The notes below the pieces were generated by a model. It saw only the letters and a list, made by a program, of their open reading frames with translations, was not told the DNA's origin and searched no databases. From NCBI GenBank assembly GCA_035711625.1, contig DASTCA010000037.1:71074-135073 (forward strand): a stretch of DNA of 64,000 bases. The letters run 5' to 3'. The stretch comes from Gemmatimonadota bacterium. GTDB taxonomy: Bacteria; Gemmatimonadota; Gemmatimonadetes; JACCXV01; JAHWKZ01. The position numbers and the translations under genes are program-made. Below are positions 1-9,291 of the stretch, in pieces (the stretch's first letter is position 1; the number at the start of each line of letters is the position of its first letter).

Positions 1-8
1 AGGTTCCG

Positions 9-596
9 ATGAAGCTCGGGTTGGCAGTCGTGGCATTGGCATGGGGCGCCGTTATGGCCGCGCCCGGCACGGCCGGGGCGCAGGAGATGTCGGCCGAGGA
101 GATCGCCGCCATGAACGCGGCGGTGGCTCCCGACGACAATCACGCGCTCCTCGAGGCGCTCGCAGGCTCGTGGAACCACGCGATTCAGTGGTATCCCGCG
201 CCCGGCGCGACCCCGGTGGAGATGACGGCGACGAGCACGGCCGGGGTGTCGATGGGCGGCCGCTACCTGGTGACCGAATACGACGGCGATTTCGCTGGCG
301 CTCCGTTCGAGGGGCGCGAGACGATGGGCTACGACAAGGTCAAACAGCGGTACTTCTCGCTCTGGGTGGACAACATGTCCACCGGCCCGATGATCGCCTG
401 GGGAACCTACGATCCGGGCACGAGGACGCTCACGATGGAGGGGACATTCGCCGATCCGATGAGCGGGAATCCCGAAAAGAAGGTCCGGAACACGACCCGG
501 TTCATGGACGACGGCAGCGTCCATTACGAGAACTGGGGTCCCGGTCCCGACGGAGAGTTCTACCGGACGATGGTCATCAACTCGACACGGCCGTAG
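9..596 (+). CDS. secreted DUF1579-like protein
   Basis: ATG at 9. Signal-like N-terminus MKLGLAVVALAWGAVMAAPGTAGA. The mature part resembles DUF1579-type proteins from memory only, not searched. Confidence 0.6.
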   Translation: MKLGLAVVALAWGAVMAAPGTAGAQEMSAEEIAAMNAAVAPDDNHALLEALAGSWNHAIQWYPAPGATPVEMTATSTAGVSMGGRYLVTEYDGDFAGAPFEGRETMGYDKVKQRYFSLWVDNMSTGPMIAWGTYDPGTRTLTMEGTFADPMSGNPEKKVRNTTRFMDDGSVHYENWGPGPDGEFYRTMVINSTRP

Positions 597-3500
597 CCGC
601 CGTTTCGGTGTCGACCGGGCCGAGCCGGCCGAACGCGGCGTCGAGCTCGGACTCGAGTGCGCGCAGGTCGGCTGCGCTCCAGCGGAGCTCCGCGCGGGCG
701 CCCCGGTCCACGTACCAGAGCAGGCCGCCGATCTCGTCGAGTCCCAGCACCGCGCTCGCGGCGAGGGCGTATATCGCGAGCTGGGCCTCGTGCCGCGCGT
801 CCGACTCGCCGTCCGCACCCGTGAACTTGTAGTCGCCTACCCGCCACCCGCCGGCTTCCTCGCGCCACAGGGCGTCGATCGTCCCTACGACCACTCCGCC
901 GCCCGGGAGGCGGAGCCGGAACGGCCGCTCACGCTCGACCTCGGCAGCCGGCTCGAGCTGGGGCCGGACCTCCCGTTCCCAGTAGGCCGCGAGCCCGGCC
1001 GCCTCCGAAGCGGGGAGCCCGCCGGGGCCCGCGAGCCAGGCGGCGACGTCCGCCGGCACGGGCGCGAGCGGGATCCGCTCGAGCGCGGCGTGGCCGCGCG
1101 CTCCGCGCTCGAGCGCCAGAGCCGCCGCCTCCCGCGCAGCGGCGACGGGCGCGGGAGCCGGGGGCTCCCCGGCGAGCGCGGCCGCGAGCTCGCGTGCCGC
1201 GGCCTCGCCCGGCGCGGCGGGGGCGGGGGATCGGACCGCTATCCCCGGATCGCCGAGCGGTGGCGTCTGGCCCACCGACGCGCGAAAGCGATCGCTCCAG
1301 CGGCCGAGCGGCTCGACCGTCAGCAGCCCCCTCGCCTCCGGCGTCGCGGCGAACGCCTCCACCGCGGCGAGCCAAGATGCGCCGGTCGCGCCGGAGCTCA
1401 GCACGAGGCGGTCCCGCGCGCGCGTGGCGGCCACGTAGAGGAGGCGTGCTTCCTCGGCCTCCTCGCGCTCCCTGGCCGAGTCCCGCGCGAGCGCGTAGGC
1501 GCCTGTGTCCAGCGGCTTCTCGGCGGAGTCGATCCATACCTTCGCGACAACGCCGAGGTCGGGGTCGAACCGCACGCCACCCGGACCCCGCTGGACCTTC
1601 CCTCCGATGTCGCCGAGCGCGACGATCGGAAACTCCAGCCCCTTCGCCTGGTGGATCGTCAGGATCCGGATCCGGTCGCCGACCTCGGGGAGAGAAGCGT
1701 CCCGGTCCCGCGGGGGGCGGTCCGCTCGGCGGCGGAGTGCGGCCGCCCATTGCGACAGGAGCGCGTGGCCCTCGACTGGCGCGCGGTCTGCGAGCGCGAT
1801 CAGTCGCTCGACGTTCGCCCGGCGCTGCGCACGGTCGGGAAGCGCGTCGAGGACGGAGGCGTAGCCCGTCCGGTCGACGAGCCAACCGACGATAGCGCCC
1901 GGTGGCTCGAAGTCAGCCCTGGAGCGGATCCCGTCCAGGACGGCGAGCGCGTCCGCCAGTCGCACTGATTCTTCCGGATCCAGCTCCCGCGCGCGCTCGG
2001 CATCGGCCACGTGCCGGCGCAGAGGAAGCCGGCGATCCCAGCCGCGGACGAGCCGCCAGATCGCGTCGTCGGCGAGCCCGGCCATGGGGGAGCGGAGGAA
2101 GCCGACCAGAGGGATGGGATCCTGGGGTCGGAGAGCCGCGTCGAGGGCGTTCAGGATGTCGAACGTCTCCTGTCGAGCCCAGAAGGAGCCACTGCCGACG
2201 ACGACGGACTCGAGCCCGACCAGGTCGAGCGCCCGCCGATACGGCTCGACCTGGGTAAGCCGGCGAAGCAGGATCACGACATCGCCCGGCCGGGCCGGAC
2301 GCTCCTCGCCGGACTCTTCGTCCACCACGGAGATCCTGTCCTCTCCCGCGCCACACGCGGCGGCGATCCGCGCCGCGAGCGCCATCGCCTCCTCCTCGCG
2401 GGCCCCCTCCGCGTTCCGGCGCTCATCCGGTGGACTCAGAAGCTCGACCGCCGGTCCCTCACCGGCTTCTCTGTTAGCCACCTGCATCGAGTACATCGGC
2501 CGGTCGCCGCCCGGACCCGGAACGAGGACGGCGGGGAAGAACGCGTTGTGAAACGCCACGAGCTCCGCGCGCGAGCGGTAGTTCGTCGCGAGATCCCGAC
2601 GCGCGCCCCGCGCGTGCGCCTCCCTGGACAGCTTCTCGAACGCCGCCACGGTGGCGCCCCGGAAGCCGTAGATCGACTGCTTCGCGTCGCCGACGACGCA
2701 CCAGCGCGGATCGCCGTCCGCGGGGTGGCCGGCGATCGCGTTCGCGCCGATGAGTATCCGCAGGATCTCGTCCTGCACGGGGTCGGTATCCTGATGCTCG
2801 TCGATCAGAACAGCGCGGTATCGCCCACGCACCTCGTCGCGCACCTCCGCGTTGTGCCGGAGGAGGTCGCGCGTCCGGAGTAGGAGGTCGTCGTAGTCCA
2901 GCGCGGCACGCGCCCAGCGTTCCCGCCGATACGTCTCCCGCACCGTGACCGAGAGCGCGGGCCAGATCCCGAGTTGGAGCCGGTTCTCTACCTCGCGGGC
3001 GAGCGCGGCCCAGCTCGAGGCGAGCGTGAAGACCGCCTCGCGAAGCTGCTTGTTTCCATAGAAGCGCCAGCTCTTGCCGGCCGACTTCGCGGCTGCGGCC
3101 AGGTCGACCGCCGCGGCCACCGAGCGGTCGCGCTTCCATTCGCTCCATGCGGCCTCGATCCGATCGAGCGCGGCGCGCTGGACAGGAGTGTTCAGCGCCC
3201 CGCCCCGCCCCGCATCCAGGAGGTCGCCCGCGGCGACCTCGACCTCGGCCGCGAGCTGGCGGAGCCGCAGCTCCGCCTCGCCGATCCGCTCCTCGAACCG
3301 CTCGATCGGCCTCCGTGTGGGCCAGCCCGCCGTTCGGATCGCGATCACGAGCTCCGTCATCGTCTGGGCCGCGAGTCCGAGGCCCACGAGCTCGATCGCC
3401 TGCCGCGCGGCCTCGTCGCCGCGCTCGAGGCCTCCGCGGAGTGAGTCGAGGGCGGCCGTCCGCAGCATCTCTTCGGCCGCCTCCTCGGACAGGACGGTGA

Positions 3501-3927
3501 ACCGCGGGTCGACCCCGGCCTCGATCGGATAGCGGCGGAGCAGCTCGGCGCACCAGCCGTGGAAGGTCGAGATCGGGGCGCTCTCGAGTTCCCTGCGCCA
3601 GCGGGGATCGGTCGTCCGGTCCCGGACCTTCCGCAGGAGCTCCCTCGCCGCGCGCTCGGTGAACGTGAGGCAGAGGATCCGCTGTGGGCCGATCGGCTCG
3701 GCCGATCGGGTCAGGGCGGGGTCGGCCAGGATCGCCGAATAGAGGGCGACGAGGGTGCGGGTCTTCCCCGAGCCCGCGCCCGCCGTCACGACGAAGTCGG
3801 ACGCGAGCTCGACGACCGCGCGCTGCTCGGGGCGGAGGTCGTCGTCGGTGACGTCGGCATCGACGACGGGAGCGTCCGCGGGCCCTCCAACCAGGTCGAA
3901 AGAGAGCTGGTCGGCCGGCTGTCTCAC
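577..3927 (-). CDS. addA: AddA/RecB-like ATP-dependent helicase-nuclease (UvrD-type helicase plus C-terminal PD-(D/E)XK nuclease)
   Basis: GTG at 3927 overlaps the upstream stop (GTGA). Walker A AGAGSGKT, VLIDEHQDTD and TIHQAKGLEF helicase motifs. C-terminal GTIDALW..VGDYKF..QLAIYALA nuclease motif. The track ORF upstream of 3927 is Arg/Pro-rich junk. Confidence 0.85.
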   Translation of the reverse strand: MRQPADQLSFDLVGGPADAPVVDADVTDDDLRPEQRAVVELASDFVVTAGAGSGKTRTLVALYSAILADPALTRSAEPIGPQRILCLTFTERAARELLRKVRDRTTDPRWRRELESAPISTFHGWCAELLRRYPIEAGVDPRFTVLSEEAAEEMLRTAALDSLRGGLERGDEAARQAIELVGLGLAAQTMTELVIAIRTAGWPTRRPIERFEERIGEAELRLRQLAAEVEVAAGDLLDAGRGGALNTPVQRAALDRIEAAWSEWKRDRSVAAAVDLAAAAKSAGKSWRFYGNKQLREAVFTLASSWAALAREVENRLQLGIWPALSVTVRETYRRERWARAALDYDDLLLRTRDLLRHNAEVRDEVRGRYRAVLIDEHQDTDPVQDEILRILIGANAIAGHPADGDPRWCVVGDAKQSIYGFRGATVAAFEKLSREAHARGARRDLATNYRSRAELVAFHNAFFPAVLVPGPGGDRPMYSMQVANREAGEGPAVELLSPPDERRNAEGAREEEAMALAARIAAACGAGEDRISVVDEESGEERPARPGDVVILLRRLTQVEPYRRALDLVGLESVVVGSGSFWARQETFDILNALDAALRPQDPIPLVGFLRSPMAGLADDAIWRLVRGWDRRLPLRRHVADAERARELDPEESVRLADALAVLDGIRSRADFEPPGAIVGWLVDRTGYASVLDALPDRAQRRANVERLIALADRAPVEGHALLSQWAAALRRRADRPPRDRDASLPEVGDRIRILTIHQAKGLEFPIVALGDIGGKVQRGPGGVRFDPDLGVVAKVWIDSAEKPLDTGAYALARDSAREREEAEEARLLYVAATRARDRLVLSSGATGASWLAAVEAFAATPEARGLLTVEPLGRWSDRFRASVGQTPPLGDPGIAVRSPAPAAPGEAAARELAAALAGEPPAPAPVAAAREAAALALERGARGHAALERIPLAPVPADVAAWLAGPGGLPASEAAGLAAYWEREVRPQLEPAAEVERERPFRLRLPGGGVVVGTIDALWREEAGGWRVGDYKFTGADGESDARHEAQLAIYALAASAVLGLDEIGGLLWYVDRGARAELRWSAADLRALESELDAAFGRLGPVDTETAATAVSS

Positions 3928-6758
3928 TGCTCGTCCTCGCCCTCGACGACCACGCCGTGGACGGTGGCGATCCGGCAGCTCCGACGAAAGTCGCAGATGC
4001 GGCAGCTCTTCGGATTCCGCGGGGTGGGATCGAACGCGCCCGACGCGGCTTCCTCGATCGCGCGCCCGATCGACGCGCGAACGACCTCGGGATCCGGCAT
4101 GTCCAGCGGTCCGACCACAGCCGCGGAGCGGATGCAATGGATTGCGGCGCTCACCGCGGACGGTCGCGCGGCCGCGTTCGCCTCCACCCACGCCAGCGCG
4201 CCGAGGAAGTATGCATACAGCTGGAACCGCTCGACCCCGCACAGCTCGGGGTCCACCGCCTCCTCGTGCTCCGTGGTCTTCAGGCTGTACTTGTAATCGA
4301 TCACGTGGAGCTCGCCCGACGTGGGATGGCGGTCCAGACGATCGATCTTTCCTCGCAGCGTCACGGTCCCGTGCCGGGTGTCGATCTGGACGCCGGAAAC
4401 CGCCGAGCCGTCGAGACCGAACGACGCCTCGAGCGCGACCGGCTCGCGTCCTGCCCGCTCCTCTTCTTCCGCGACATGTCGCAGGTAACGGTGGATCGTC
4501 GTCGCGACCCGGCGCCGGGTCAGCGCCCACACCGCCGAGGGACCGCGCGCGTGGTCCTGCACCGCGCCCGCCACTGCGTCGACCGCCGCATGGACGCGCT
4601 CGAGCTCGTGGGAACCCCGGCCCTCGTCGAGGAGGCGTTTCAGGGCGAGGTGCGCGAGGTCCCCGACTGTTCGCGCCTGGGCCTCGATCGGGCGCTCGTC
4701 CGGCGGACGAAGCCGGAGCACGTAACGCTGGAAGTACTGATGGGCGCACTGACTCCAGGAGTCGAGCGCGCTGGCGGACCACGCGCGCAGCGCACCCTCG
4801 CGGACCTCGAGGGCGAGCGAATCGGCGTGCCGCCGGTCGAACGCTCCGTCCCATCGTCCCGCCCGGGATCTGCGCCCGGCTGCCGCGCGCCCGAAGAAGA
4901 GCGTCCGGTCCCGCTCGAGCCCCATCAGCTCCGAGACGAGCTCCGGCTTCCGGACGGCGCGCCAGGCGGGGACGTCGACCGGTGGGGGGTCGCCGGGGGG
5001 CGGTGCCCCACGCCTCTCCCGCTCGCGCTCGACTTCGAGCGCAGGGAGGAGCGGGGTCCCGTTCTCGTCCTCGACCGCCCACGACAGGCCGATTCGCTCG
5101 CCGGTCGCGCGCACTCGCTCGACGATCAGCAGGTCTCCCTCGAGGGCGTCCTGGGCGGCGGTCCGGAAGGCCTCGCGTCCCAGAGCACGGTTTAGCGCTC
5201 TGCGCTCGGGATCGCCCAGGATGGCGGCGGCGGGGGAAGGTCGCAGGAGAGCGCCCTGGACGAGCCCGATCATCCGCTGGCGCCGGAAGCCGAGTCCGCG
5301 CGCGTCGCGCGCCGTCAGGATCTCGACGCCGCGGCCCGACCGGCCGATCGGTGCGCGCGCGTCACTCACCGCGTCCATGATCGCGCGGCGGTGGGTGCGC
5401 CATCCGCGCGCGGGGCCGCTCCAGGTTCCGAGGCTCTCGTGGGCCCCGCGAAGAGCGAGGATCGCACCTTCCCAGTGCGCGAGGCCGGCGGGATCCCGCG
5501 TGGAGAGCGAGTCCAGGATCCCCACACGGGCCAGAATCTCGCCGTAGCGCGGCCAGAAGTCGGCCGGCGCGGTCTCGCTCCGGCCGAGATCGTCGATGAT
5601 GGCGAGCGCGACGACGAGCCGCTTGGCCGACTCTCCCTGCGCCGACGACAGCGTGCGAGTCCATTCCTCGCGGGTACCGCCCGCCGCCGGGCCGCTGGAA
5701 ATCGCCGGGAGGAGGAGCTCCGGGTCGAGCGCGGCGGTCAACGGCGAGGAAACCCAGGCCTCGAGCCGCTCACGCGGATACCCCTCGTCGAGGAGCGAGA
5801 ACGGGAGGAGCGACGCCGCCATTGCCGGCGTCTCGGCGAGAGGCGTCCCGCTGCGCGCGTGATGGGCGACGCCGCGACGTGACAGCTCACGCGAAAGCGC
5901 GCCCAGCCGATGCGAGCGCCCGGGCACGACGATCGAGATTTCCTCGGCCGGAACGCCATCGTCGATCCAGGCGCGAGCGTCCTGGGCCGTGCGGCGCGCT
6001 TCCTGAGCCGGGTCGGTCTCCGCCTGAAACGAGACCTCGGGCACGCCCGGCGAAGGGCGCTCGTAGAACTCGAGCTCGACGTCGAGCCCGGGGTCTTCCA
6101 GGGACTCCCAGAGATGGATGTACGGATACGCGAAGGCAGTGGCGTCCGAGTCGTCGGGATCGAACGGGATCCCGACCCGGACACGCTTTGCGCGGCGGGC
6201 GAGAGCCAGGAGGAGCTCGCCTTCGACGCGAGTCGCATCGTAGAGCCCGCGCACCTCGAGGGTCTCCGGTGCCCGCTGCGGCCAGGCTCCCTCGCGAACG
6301 AGCTCCGCCGCCCGCGTGACCGAGCCCGGCTCGTCCAGGAGACCGGCGGAATCGAGCCTTCGCTCCCACGCGTCGACGACGGCGGCCAGAGCGGCGAGCC
6401 GCCGCGACACGCCTGTCGCCGGGACGAGATCGATCGCGCGAAGACCGGCGGAGCGCAACTCAGCGATCGCGGCCGCAACCGCACGCGCCGCGCCCGGAAC
6501 CTCGATGCCGGGCCCGAAGAGGCGGAGCGCGTCGCCCTCCAGATCGCGGAGCACCTCGGCGGCGAGGAGGGCGCTCGCCACGCGTCCCAGCCGGCGGCGG
6601 GGTCGCTGGTCGGCCGCCAGAGAGCGGTCGACCACGTCGGCGAGCGTGGCGACGTCAGCGGTCCACGCCCCGCGCGACGCCCGGCCGGCGGCGGACGGAG
6701 CCAGCGCGGCATCGGCGATCCGGGCGGCGACGCGCCGGGAGGGGACGACGATCAGCAC
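3924..6758 (-). CDS. addB: AddB-like helicase-nuclease subunit with Fe-S PD-(D/E)XK nuclease domain
   Basis: C-terminal IDRLD..VIDYKYS nuclease motif and Cys pattern C(SQCAHQ)...CxxCx5C (SCRICDFRRSC) typical of the AddB iron-sulfur nuclease. No Walker A at the N-terminus. GTG 6758 overlaps the mutY stop, so the start is uncertain. Confidence 0.72.
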   Translation of the reverse strand: MLIVVPSRRVAARIADAALAPSAAGRASRGAWTADVATLADVVDRSLAADQRPRRRLGRVASALLAAEVLRDLEGDALRLFGPGIEVPGAARAVAAAIAELRSAGLRAIDLVPATGVSRRLAALAAVVDAWERRLDSAGLLDEPGSVTRAAELVREGAWPQRAPETLEVRGLYDATRVEGELLLALARRAKRVRVGIPFDPDDSDATAFAYPYIHLWESLEDPGLDVELEFYERPSPGVPEVSFQAETDPAQEARRTAQDARAWIDDGVPAEEISIVVPGRSHRLGALSRELSRRGVAHHARSGTPLAETPAMAASLLPFSLLDEGYPRERLEAWVSSPLTAALDPELLLPAISSGPAAGGTREEWTRTLSSAQGESAKRLVVALAIIDDLGRSETAPADFWPRYGEILARVGILDSLSTRDPAGLAHWEGAILALRGAHESLGTWSGPARGWRTHRRAIMDAVSDARAPIGRSGRGVEILTARDARGLGFRRQRMIGLVQGALLRPSPAAAILGDPERRALNRALGREAFRTAAQDALEGDLLIVERVRATGERIGLSWAVEDENGTPLLPALEVERERERRGAPPPGDPPPVDVPAWRAVRKPELVSELMGLERDRTLFFGRAAAGRRSRAGRWDGAFDRRHADSLALEVREGALRAWSASALDSWSQCAHQYFQRYVLRLRPPDERPIEAQARTVGDLAHLALKRLLDEGRGSHELERVHAAVDAVAGAVQDHARGPSAVWALTRRRVATTIHRYLRHVAEEEERAGREPVALEASFGLDGSAVSGVQIDTRHGTVTLRGKIDRLDRHPTSGELHVIDYKYSLKTTEHEEAVDPELCGVERFQLYAYFLGALAWVEANAAARPSAVSAAIHCIRSAAVVGPLDMPDPEVVRASIGRAIEEAASGAFDPTPRNPKSCRICDFRRSCRIATVHGVVVEGEDEQ

Positions 6759-7831
6759 GGCAGTGCGGCGGCGAGCGCTCGCGCGATCCGGCGCTGAGCG
6801 GCCGGCAACCCTCGGCCTGAGACCTCGGGCGGCTCCCACACGGCCGCCGTCCATCCTGCCACCGCCAACACCTCGGGATCGGGCTCCGGTTCGGTCTGCG
6901 CGCGGAACAGGAATGCGTGGTAGAAGTGTCGCCTGTGGCTGTAGGCATGGCGCACGACCGCCAGAGCCCGTGCCGGCGACGCCTCGGGAGCGAGGGGGCG
7001 GAGCGCCTCGACGGCCGCCTCCAGCGGCGACTCGGATTCTTCGGTCACCCGCGCGGGGAACTGCCACAACCCGCCCAGCATCCCGCGCTCGGCCCGGCGG
7101 ACGAGGAGAACACGACCCTCGGATGACAGCGCGACCGCGACCCCCACCTCGAACTCGGGAACGGGCGGGCGAGCGGAGTCGCCCGGACGCTCGGCCACGG
7201 TCCCTCGGGCTCGGGCGAGGCATCCGTCCGCGAGCGGGCACTCGTTGCAGCGTGGAGAGCGGAGCGAGCAGACGGTCGCGCCCAACTCCATCAGCGCCTG
7301 GTTGAAGTCGCCCGGCCGATCGTTCGGGATCAGCTCCGCCGCGACCGCGCGCAGCCGCGCGGGGCTCGGGGTCTCCAGGTCGAACAGTCGCGAGAGCACC
7401 CGGCGCGCGTTCGTGTCGATCGCCGGCTCGGGACGGTCGAATGCGATCGATGCGACCGCTCCGGCGGTGTATTCGCCGACTCCGGGCAGGTCGCGGAGCT
7501 CGCGTGCGGTGCCGGGGATGGCGCCCCCCAACGAGTCCCGCACGACGCGCGCAGCGGCGTGCAGGTTGCGAGCGCGCGAGTAGTAGCCGAGCCCTTCCCA
7601 CTCCGCCAGCACCTCGTCCACCTCCGCCGCCGCCAGGTCCTCGACGGTCGGAAAACGCTCGAGCCAGCGTTCGTATCGCGGGATCACGGTCTCTACGCGG
7701 GTCTGCTGCAGCATGACCTCGGAGACCCATACGCGATACGGATCGGCGTCCCTGCGCCATGGCAGGTCGCGGAGGCGGGCGTCGAACCAGGCGAGCAGAT
7801 CGCGAGGCGAGCGGGCGATGTGGGGGAGCAC
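6752..7831 (-). CDS. mutY: A/G-specific adenine DNA glycosylase MutY
   Basis: LLAWFDA..LPWRR..DPYRVWVSEVMLQQTRVETV, GLGYYSRARNLH, a Cys cluster CxxxxxxCxxCPLxxxC and a C-terminal NUDIX-like domain. Start set at GTG 7831. The longest ORF starts at TTG 7867. Confidence 0.85.
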   Translation of the reverse strand: MLPHIARSPRDLLAWFDARLRDLPWRRDADPYRVWVSEVMLQQTRVETVIPRYERWLERFPTVEDLAAAEVDEVLAEWEGLGYYSRARNLHAAARVVRDSLGGAIPGTARELRDLPGVGEYTAGAVASIAFDRPEPAIDTNARRVLSRLFDLETPSPARLRAVAAELIPNDRPGDFNQALMELGATVCSLRSPRCNECPLADGCLARARGTVAERPGDSARPPVPEFEVGVAVALSSEGRVLLVRRAERGMLGGLWQFPARVTEESESPLEAAVEALRPLAPEASPARALAVVRHAYSHRRHFYHAFLFRAQTEPEPDPEVLAVAGWTAAVWEPPEVSGRGLPAAQRRIARALAAALPC

Positions 7832-7908
7832 GAAGACGAAGATCGGCCTGCGGGAGCGCGGCTTCAAGTTGTAGGCGAAAGAGGCCCGGGTTACCTTCGC
7901 GGCCGCTC

Positions 7909-9291
7909 ATGAAAACGCCGGCTCACATCTTCCGCGAGTACGACGTCCGCGGGCTCGTCGAGGAGGATCTCTCGGACGACCTAGTGCGCGCGCTGGGGCG
8001 TGCGTTCGCGACGTTCATGCGACGAGCGTCGGGCTCCGAGCGGCCCGCGCTCGCGCTCGGCTGGGACGTGCGGCCTTCGTCCGCGCGGCTCCGCGATCGG
8101 CTCGCCGAGGGGATGGTCGCGGCCGGAGCGCGGGTCGTCGACATCGGCCTCGTGCCGACCCCCGTCCTCTACTATGCCTGCCACCGGCTTCCGACCGAAG
8201 GCGGCGTCATGATCACGGGAAGCCACAATCCGCCGGAGTACAACGGGTTCAAGCTGGGCTACCGCGACCTCCCGTTGTCCGGTGCCGAGATCCAGGCGGT
8301 GCGCGAGCTGATCGAGGCCGAGGATTGGGATGCGGGCGAGGGCGCGCTCGAGGAACGGCCGATCACAGACGACTACTGCGACATGGTCGCGGCGAAGGTG
8401 CGCCTCTCCCGTCCCGTGCGAGTCGTTCTCGACCCGGCCAACGCGACGGGAGCACTGTTCGCGGGAGATCTCCTGGAACGGGTCGGAGCCGTGGTCGACC
8501 GCATCTACGACGAAGTGGACGGAACTTTTCCGAACCACCATCCGGATCCGACCGTGGACCTGTACGTCACCGATCTCCGGGCGCGGGTCGTGGAAACTTC
8601 CGCCGAAGCCGGAATCGGACTCGACGGCGACTGCGACAGGATCGGCGCGGTGGACAACCGTGGCAAACTGGTTCGAGGCGATCAACTGACTGCGATCTTC
8701 GCCCGCGATCAGCTGCGGCGTACTCCCGGCGCGCGCATTCTGTTCGACGTCAAGTCGTCGCGCGCGCTGGAAGAGGACATCCGCGACCACGGCGGAGTGC
8801 CGTTCATGTGGAAGACGGGTCACAGCCTAGCGAAGCAGAAGATGAAGGAAGATGGAATTCCCTTCGGCGGGGAGATGAGCGGACACCTGTTCTTCTTCGA
8901 CGATTACTGGGGTTTCGACGACGCGATCTTCGCAGCCTGTCGCTTGTGCGAGATCCTGTCGCTCTCCGAGGAGTCTCTGGCTGAGAAGGTCGGTTCATTG
9001 AAGCGCTACTTCTCCACGCCGGAGGTGCGCCTCGACACCACCGAGGAGAAGAAGTGGCAGCTCGTCATCGCGGCGAAGGAGTATTTCGGATCGCGCTACG
9101 ACACCGTTGACATCGACGGCGTGCGGGTCGCGTTCGACCACGGCTGGGCGCTCCTCAGGGCCTCCAACACACAGCCGGTCGTGGTCCTCCGCGCGGAAGG
9201 CGAGAGCGAAGCGGATCTCCGTGAGATCAAGGGGGAGATCGAGTCGTTCCTGGCCTCGCAGCGCGTGGACGGGATGTCGTGGGGCACCTGA
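7909..9291 (+). CDS. phosphomannomutase/phosphoglucomutase (alpha-D-phosphohexomutase family)
   Basis: ATG 7909 (MKTPAHIFREYDVRG). Active-site loop TGSHNPPEYNGFK, metal loop GLDGDCDR and GGEMSGH sugar loop. The track ORF 5' extension is rejected. Confidence 0.88.
   Translation: MKTPAHIFREYDVRGLVEEDLSDDLVRALGRAFATFMRRASGSERPALALGWDVRPSSARLRDRLAEGMVAAGARVVDIGLVPTPVLYYACHRLPTEGGVMITGSHNPPEYNGFKLGYRDLPLSGAEIQAVRELIEAEDWDAGEGALEERPITDDYCDMVAAKVRLSRPVRVVLDPANATGALFAGDLLERVGAVVDRIYDEVDGTFPNHHPDPTVDLYVTDLRARVVETSAEAGIGLDGDCDRIGAVDNRGKLVRGDQLTAIFARDQLRRTPGARILFDVKSSRALEEDIRDHGGVPFMWKTGHSLAKQKMKEDGIPFGGEMSGHLFFFDDYWGFDDAIFAACRLCEILSLSEESLAEKVGSLKRYFSTPEVRLDTTEEKKWQLVIAAKEYFGSRYDTVDIDGVRVAFDHGWALLRASNTQPVVVLRAEGESEADLREIKGEIESFLASQRVDGMSWGT

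Noticed and set aside
3928-5082. 5' extension of track ORF 577..5082, which would give a 1501-aa product
   Set aside because: The extension is Arg/Gly/Pro-rich and overlaps the well-supported AddB nuclease domain in another frame. A GTG at 3927 with a GTGA overlap gives a normal AddA N-terminus just before the Walker A motif.
6759-7910. 5' extension of track ORF 3924..7910, which would give a 1328-aa product
   Set aside because: This part runs over the mutY coding region in a different frame and translates to Arg/Pro/Gly junk. mutY has clear HhH-GPD, Fe-S and NUDIX-like motifs.
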